Source: Octopus vulgaris (lineage: Eukaryota). From it: a stretch of DNA of 64,000 bases. The translations under genes and the position numbers were made by a program. Shown here piece after piece: positions 57,530-64,000 of the stretch. The notes under the pieces are model-generated. The model was given only the letters and a program-made list of their open reading frames with translations. It was not told where the DNA came from and did not search any database. The stretch covers positions 206,150,001 to 206,214,000 of the forward strand of contig OX597814.1 of NCBI GenBank assembly GCA_951406725.2, in the 5' to 3' direction. Each line of letters opens with the position of its first letter. Within the stretch, counting starts at the first letter, position 1.

Positions 57530-60500
57530 GCATCAAATAATGAGCATCAAATAGATAAAGAAAGTCACACAAATATTGACCCAACAGAACTACATGAGCT
57601 AAAAAATCAAATCATGATTGAATGGCTGAAAATTAAAGAAACCAGCATGGATGAGCGTGATACACTTCCTAAAATCCGCAACTCTAACCAAAACATGAAA
57701 ATAATTGGTAAAATCCGGCTTGCACTTAAGGATATAATTTCAGTTAATGATGTTGATATCACAAACCTCAACCACCTATACTATGCATCCGCGAAAATCT
57801 CAACGATCCTATGTGGTGTAAAGATTAGAAAACGGCAACAGTCCCACAAAAAGCCTTCTTGGCAAGAGCGTCTGCAACAACAAATTAAAATATTTAGATC
57901 TGACATTGAATATTTGAAAAACCTTAAGGCTCACAAGACTACCAAACCTACAAAAACCCAAAAATTACTGAAAAAATACAATATGAAAACTATACTTGAT
58001 ATTGATGCCACCATAGAAACCATCAAACAAAAGGTATCTGCCAAAGCTGCCCGCATAGCGAGGTATGAAAAGCGTGTTAGATTTTTCAAGGACAACAACA
58101 TGTTCAAAAATAACACCAAGAATTTTTACAGGAAGATAGGAAAAACAGCGTTTACTGCAGGGTCTGTACCATCAAAAGAAGAAGTGCAGAGATTTTGGAA
58201 TAAAATCTGGGCAGAAGAAAAAACACACAACGAAAAGGCCCCTGGATTGACAGAATATCTACAGAACTGGACCCCTTAGAAGAGCAAAAGTGGGAGGGTG
58301 TCAAGGTAGAAGATATAAGATCTGCTCTCAGGAGGTCAAGCAAATGGAAGTCTCCAGGAAAGGATAAAATTCCTAACTTCTGGCTGAATGCCTTCCCAGA
58401 GAGCCATGAACTGCTAACAGAACTGTACAATGATGTTTTGCAACACCCTAGTAGGATGCCTCCTTGGCTAGTTAATGGGTTAACATTCCTGCTTCCAAAA
58501 AGTGAAGAAACAAATGAACCAAAAAACTATAGACCCATAACCTGCTTAACAACTATGTACAAAACACTAACATCTGTCCTGACGGAATATACCTATAGTT
58601 TTTTAACAGACAGCAGCATATTCCCTAATGAACAGAAAGGATGTAAACGTGGATCCTACGGCTGTAAAGACCAACTACTCATCAATAAGATGATCTTAGA
58701 AGATTGTCACAAACGACACAAAAACTTATCAATAGCCTGGATAGACTATAAAAAGGCTTTTGATAGCCTACCACATAGCTGGATTAGGAAATGCCTTGAA
58801 ATGTATAAGATAGCACCAACTCTGCGAAACTTCTTGACTGTAAGTATGAGATCATGGAGAACCACACTAACTCTGAACAGTGACAGTGAATCCCTAAATG
58901 CTGGTGATGTAAAAATTTCGTGTGGCATTTTCCAGGGTGACTCACTGTCACCACTCCTCTTTTGTTTATCCTTAATACCTCTCTCAAAGCTGCTCAATGA
59001 CGCGCAGTACGGGTATAAAATGTTTGATAAAAATATAAATCATCTCGTTTACATGGATGATTTAAAGCTTTTTGCAAAAAATGATCAACAACTCAAGGGC
59101 TTACTAGCGATAGTCAAACAATTCAGTGACGACATCAGAATGCAATTCGGCCTCGATAAATGTGCAAAGGCTACCTTTATCAAAGGAAAAATGACAGAAA
59201 CATCTAACGTTAACCTTGACCAACAGAATGTCATAAAAGAACTAGACCCAGCGGAGAGCTACAAGTACCTAGGGGTAATTGAAGGGAACGGAATAAGGCA
59301 TTCAGAGATGAAGGAAAGGATCAGGAGAGAATGCTATCGAAGAGTGAGAGCAATACTCAAGACAGAGCTGAATGCAAGAAACAGGATCGAAGCAATCAAT
59401 GCATTAGCTATACCAGTCGTGACTTACAGTTTCAATATTGTTAACTGGTCAATTACTGAAATATGTCAGCTCGACAGAAAAATAAGGAAACTGTTGACAA
59501 TGCATAGAATGCACCACCCTAAGGCAGATACAGAACGACTCTATCTGCCAAGAAAAGAGGGAGGCCGTGGTCTTTTGCAACTGGCAATAACAATGAAGAT
59601 TGCTACAATTGGCCTAGACACCTACCTGAAAAACTCTGAGGACTGGATGTTAAAACTTGTCTCAAAACATGAAAACAAGAAAGCATCATACTCAGTCACA
59701 AAACAGGCAAAGGAATATCTAAGTGAATTCCGAATACAACCAATTTCGGAATTAGAGATAGACATACAAGAAACAAGCACAGAAAAAGCTAGGCGCATGA
59801 AAACCCGTGCCAAAACTGCGGCCTTAGATATTCTGAATAATAAATGGCAAGAAAAACCTCTCTATGGCAAATACCCAAAGAGAGCGAATAATGCAGATAT
59901 CGACAAAGCCCTGACCCATCAATGGCTAATGGCCTCTGGCTTAAAATCTGAAACAGAGGGGTTTATCATAGCAGCTCAAGATCAATGCCTACCAACAAGA
60001 AACTACCAGGCCAACATATTAAAGATCAGAAGCAGTCCAACGTGTCGTGTATGCAAGCAACAAAATGAAACCATTGACCATGTGGTCTCCAAGTGCAGTC
60101 TTCTAGCGCCTACAGAGTATCTCAACAGGCACGATAGAGCTGCACAATATATTCACTGGGTAATCTGTAAAAACCTGGATTTGCCCCATGAAAAAAACTG
60201 GTGGGAACACAAACCACCCCCAGTGCTTGAAAATGACCACATCTCACTCCTCTGGAACTTCACCATTCAAACTGACAGGAAGATAGATGCAAATAGGCCA
60301 GACATCATATTGAAAGACTTCAAACAAAGAACATGCCTCCTCATTGATATGACTGTCCCAATCGATATAAACGTATCTGTCAGGACCTACCAAAAACTGA
60401 GCAAATATAAAGATCTTGAAATAGAAATCAGCAAAATGTGGAACCTGAAGACTAAAACAATACCTGTTGTCATAGGTGCCCTGGGAATGATAGCAAAAGG

Positions 60501-60831
60501 GGCTGATAGCTACCTAACTCAGATACCAGGAAACCCAAAAATGGCAGAAGTTCAAAAGATAGTGCTCATGGGAACTGCTCATATCCTACGCAAAATACTC
60601 TCTGTGTAACCTCAAGGTTTAAAACAACCATAATTTTCGGTTTAAAAAAAAAAAAAAAAAAAAAAAAAACATTTTTTTTTTAGACATTCATTAGTACAAC
60701 ATCCCCACCCCCCAAATATATGGCACACTAGGCATAACAACAACATGAACTTTCAACCCTGTTGTCTCTTGAGGTCTCTGGGTGAGACTTGGAGCCAACT
60801 TGTACAAATATAAAGCAAAAGTCAAACATAG
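57528..60831 (+). mobile_element. Young, 5'-truncated R4/Dong-like LINE with RT + CCHC + REL ORF (57614-60609, one frameshift at C run 58239-58242)
   Basis: WKSPGKD, NYRPITCL, DYKKAFDS, GIFQGDSLSP, YMDD, CRVC..H..C, RHD, RPDI and KYKDL. (AAT)n on both sides. Confidence 0.95.
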
Positions 60832-61641
60832 AATAATAATAATAATAACACAGAGCTGCGCTCGGTGGTGACATGAAGGACAATATTAAAGGATGTGTTA
60901 TAGCACAAAGAAAAATTACAAAATCATGTGAAAATCATGTGGGTGTAATATCAATCAAGGGGAGATACTACCACATTAAAGGATATAACAGAGGATATAT
61001 GTTTGAAAGAGAAATGAATAATAAATAAATAAATAAATAGAATCCTCAATAGCGAGGAAGTCCACTAAGAGTAATCCCGGATTACTTTGCCATTTCTAAG
61101 GCATGGGTAAGTGCCCTCTTCCAGTTGCTTTCCTCTTGCTTAGAAAATCCTATTCAGAGTAGATCCATTCAGTCTCACCAGTCTTGCCACTGTCGACCAC
61201 CTTTGGATAGACTCACTGGAAGGCAGTGCCTCCATCTCTACCCAATAAGACCGAACCTGAGCCAACGTCTCTCTAAAAGAAACGGAGAAACTTTCAAAAT
61301 ACAAAGATCTGGAAATACACACAAATTAAATTAAGATATCTTTCTCTTTACTTTGGCTTTCTTTCTTCCTCCTATCTTTAATTTATCCTAGGTACTCTCC
61401 CAGCTACCCCCTGCTCTAAGCCTATTATAATGAAATATCAACTACGCTCCACTCCAGCCTCTCTAAGAACCAGCCCAGCAGACTCCTATCTCAACCAGAT
61501 CAATGACCTCAGATATCATATTACACCCTTTCACAAACTATCTTCTTAACCTCAACGGCCAGCTTTATTATTCTTTCTCCCATTTCATAGTTGGCCTCTG
61601 CTTTATTCTTGACATTTTCTGTTGTCTGTAAAATTACGTTT

Positions 61642-61725
61642 CATCTGATGATTACGGGTTTTTTTGTAAGTGAGTAATGTTCTCATTCTTCTATTAAAAA
61701 AATGCGTAAGAAACAGCTGTAATAG
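61642..61725 (+). ncRNA. Type I hammerhead ribozyme with canonical core
   Basis: CUGAUGA (61645-51), helix II uuacg/cguaa, GAAA (61710-13), palindromic acagcugu and a GUA site. Helix I is weak. Confidence 0.7.
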
Positions 61726-61745
61726 TCTGTTATTATTCATTTGAT

Positions 61746-62113
61746 GGTTAGGGCAGCGGACTCGCGGTCGTAGGGTCGCGGTTTCGATTCCCAGACCGGG
61801 CGTTGTGAGTGTTTATTGAGCGAAAACACCTAAAGCTCCACGAGGCTCCGGCAGGGATGGTGGTGATCCCTGCTGTACTCTTTCACCACAACTCTCTCTC
61901 ACTCTTACTTCCTGTTTCTGTTGTACCTGTATTTCAAAGGGCCGTCCTTGTCACTCTCTGTGTCACGCTGAATATCCCCGAGAACTGCGTTAATGGGTAC
62001 GCGTGTCTGTGGAGTGCTCAGCCACTTACACGTTAATTTCACGAGCAGGCTGTTCCGTTGATTCGGATCAACCGGAACCCTCGTCGTCGTAACCGACGGA
62101 GTGCTTCCATTCC
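61746..62113 (+). mobile_element. tRNA-derived SINE
   Basis: B box ggtttcgattcc, (ttcca)n tail, and 11-bp TSD attcatttgat at 61735-61745 and 62114-62124. Confidence 0.88.
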
Positions 62114-62176
62114 ATTCATTTGATTATAATACAAGGGGACTATAACACACCAAGGGGACTTGTTGGACAGCCTAGA

Positions 62177-62328
62177 TTTCATCTGCCGCTACATTCTGAG
62201 TTCAAATTCCACTGTGGTCGACTTTGCCTTTCATTCTTTCGGCGTCGATAAATTAAGTACCAGTTAAGTACTGGGGTCTATGTAATCACTTGTTCCTTCC
62301 CCAAAAATTTCAAGCCTATAGTAGAAAA
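62177..62328 (+). mobile_element. 5'-truncated SINE (40225 family)
   Basis: gagttcaaattcc...gcctttcattctttcggcgtcgataaattaagtaccag. Confidence 0.7.
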
Positions 62329-63255
62329 TGATTTCCCAATCTCGTATCTCAAAGAAAAATCATGGCTAAAAATTGCTTTGAACAAATTGACACGTATGAC
62401 TTCCTCTCTTTAATATGCCTGGACAAAGTTTGGACAAATATTTTTGGCTAAATTTATGGATTAAACTATTATAGTGTCATACTGTTTCTGAACAACTTTT
62501 GTAATCGGCAATACCATAGACAAAAAACATGGCAACACACCGTATATCGCCTGCAATACCAGGTTTAGCAAGCATTGCGAAAGATGCATTGAATGTATAA
62601 ATGCACATGACTTCAAAACTTATTAGAAATATAAAGATTGAAGCATATCCTCGAAATATATAAAACGGCAATGATACAAAAGTTGAAAATACAGTGATAA
62701 TCTTTAAAATATAATTGAAAAAATATGACCGCTGAAATAACTTGGTGTCAAACATAAAATCAGGTAAAGAATTAAGGTTCTGTAATAAAAGAGGCACAGA
62801 AATAATACAGCAGAAAAAACTGTAACGATAATAAAAAACAAAGTAGTAAAGTGAATTGGTTTGACATATTTTCTCGTAGTAATATAACCAAATTTTCTTT
62901 AATCCACTTATGAATTGTTAAGTGCCAGAAATTTTGAAATAAAGCAGTAGAAATATTAGCTTTCATTATTGCATAGAGTAGAAATCCTGTTGTGTAGAAA
63001 CATTTAAACTGCCATACTTCTCGAATAATCTCTTATTTTGAATGAGAAATGTGAAAGTGGATCTTTGATGTAATGTATTATAAGCGATACTCTCACTTAA
63101 ACGACTGGGAAGAACGAAGAGGATAAAGTTGAAAAATATGTAGAAGTGAACCACAAAAAGGGATACCTTTTCATAACTTTCTGGGATTCCTAATATTAAG
63201 GTGCAATAACCCAATGGTATGCGGTCTTGTACAAATATTTTTGTCGTTTCATATA
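62329..63255 (-). pseudogene. Decayed paralog C of the multi-pass membrane protein family
   Basis: Frameshifted peptides YETTKIFVQDRIPLG, FVLPSRLSESIAYNTLHQRS, MKANISTAL, LAKP...AMFFVYGIA and LRYEIGKS. Both ends abut SINEs. Confidence 0.9.
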
Positions 63256-63256
63256 T

Positions 63257-63657
63257 ATTTCTTTATTTCCCACAAGGGGCTAAACATAAAGGGGACAAAC
63301 AAGGACAGACAAACGAATTAAGTCGATTACATCGGCCCCAGTGCATAACTGGTACTTTGTTTATCGACCCCGAAAGGATGAAGGGCAAAGTCGACCTCGG
63401 CGGAATTTGAACTCAGAACGTAACGACAGAAGAAATACCTATTTCTTTACTACCCACAAGGAGCTAAACACAGAGGACAAACAAGGACAGACAAACGGAT
63501 TAAGTCGATTATATCGACTCAAGTGTGTTACTGGTACTCATTTAATCAACCCCGAGAGGATGAAAGGCAAAGTCGACCTCGGCGGAATTTGAACTCAGAA
63601 CGTAGCCTCAGACGAAATACCTCTAAGAATTTCGCCTGGCGCGCTAACGTTTTTGCT
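63257..63657 (-). mobile_element. Multimeric SINE (two cores)
   Basis: Same units as 48105-48678. Confidence 0.8.
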
Positions 63658-63948
63658 GATGTTGAGAAAATCTCATCTAGTTTCTTCAGACTCTCGCCTT
63701 CGGTTTTCTACAATCCTCCTTGCTTTATACTTGTTTCTGGATAGATTACGTCTTTACTTTGGTGGCATATTTTTTCCAATATTGTAAACAAAATATTATG
63801 AACATAGAAAGAAACTATACATTAATCCCTATTTTTGTAAGCAGTTGTATCCGTAAAAAGTTTATTTCAAGAGAGCAGAAATTGAAAGAAGATAAGCGAA
63901 AAGAACAGAGAAAGAAAGCGAAAGATGTATGTACGTCTATCCGAAATG

Positions 63949-63950
<2 letters not shown>

Positions 63951-64000
<50 letters not shown>
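63951..64000. repeat. (GT)n microsatellite
   Basis: Direct reading. Confidence 0.95.

Noticed and set aside
58239-58242. Programmed frameshift between two LINE ORFs
   Set aside because: R4-clade elements have a single ORF, and a one-base loss in a C run is the simpler explanation.
61746-61800. tRNA gene
   Set aside because: The A/B boxes belong to a SINE head with body, tail and TSD, and there is no complete cloverleaf.

Overview
This is eukaryotic, very AT-rich, repeat-dominated DNA. The SINE and LINE families and the microsatellite load point to a cephalopod, most likely Octopus (inference). Bases 1-17.4k are mostly a strand-biased (AAT/AAG)n tract interleaved with a 49-bp A/T-tract satellite, and the long low-complexity ORFs there are artefacts. 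The only host genes belong to one orphan family of ~735-aa proteins with a signal peptide, a ~200-aa ectodomain holding 6 shared Cys, and ~9-11 hydrophobic segments, all in a single coding exon. The family has one intact copy (51202-53409), one copy with a 1-nt homopolymer frameshift (37624-39833), a decayed minus-strand copy (62329-63255), and two orphaned inverted copies of the pre-exon intron flank (~20.1k and ~21.6k). The rest is mobile DNA and rearrangement: R4/Dong-like RT-REL LINEs sitting in (TAA)n, RTE relics, Penelope-like fragments with about 11 hammerhead-ribozyme motifs, tRNA-derived SINEs, mariner/Tc1 ends, a Helitron relic, several tandem duplications and a fold-back palindrome. 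Coordinates and alignments were read by eye; no database search was run.
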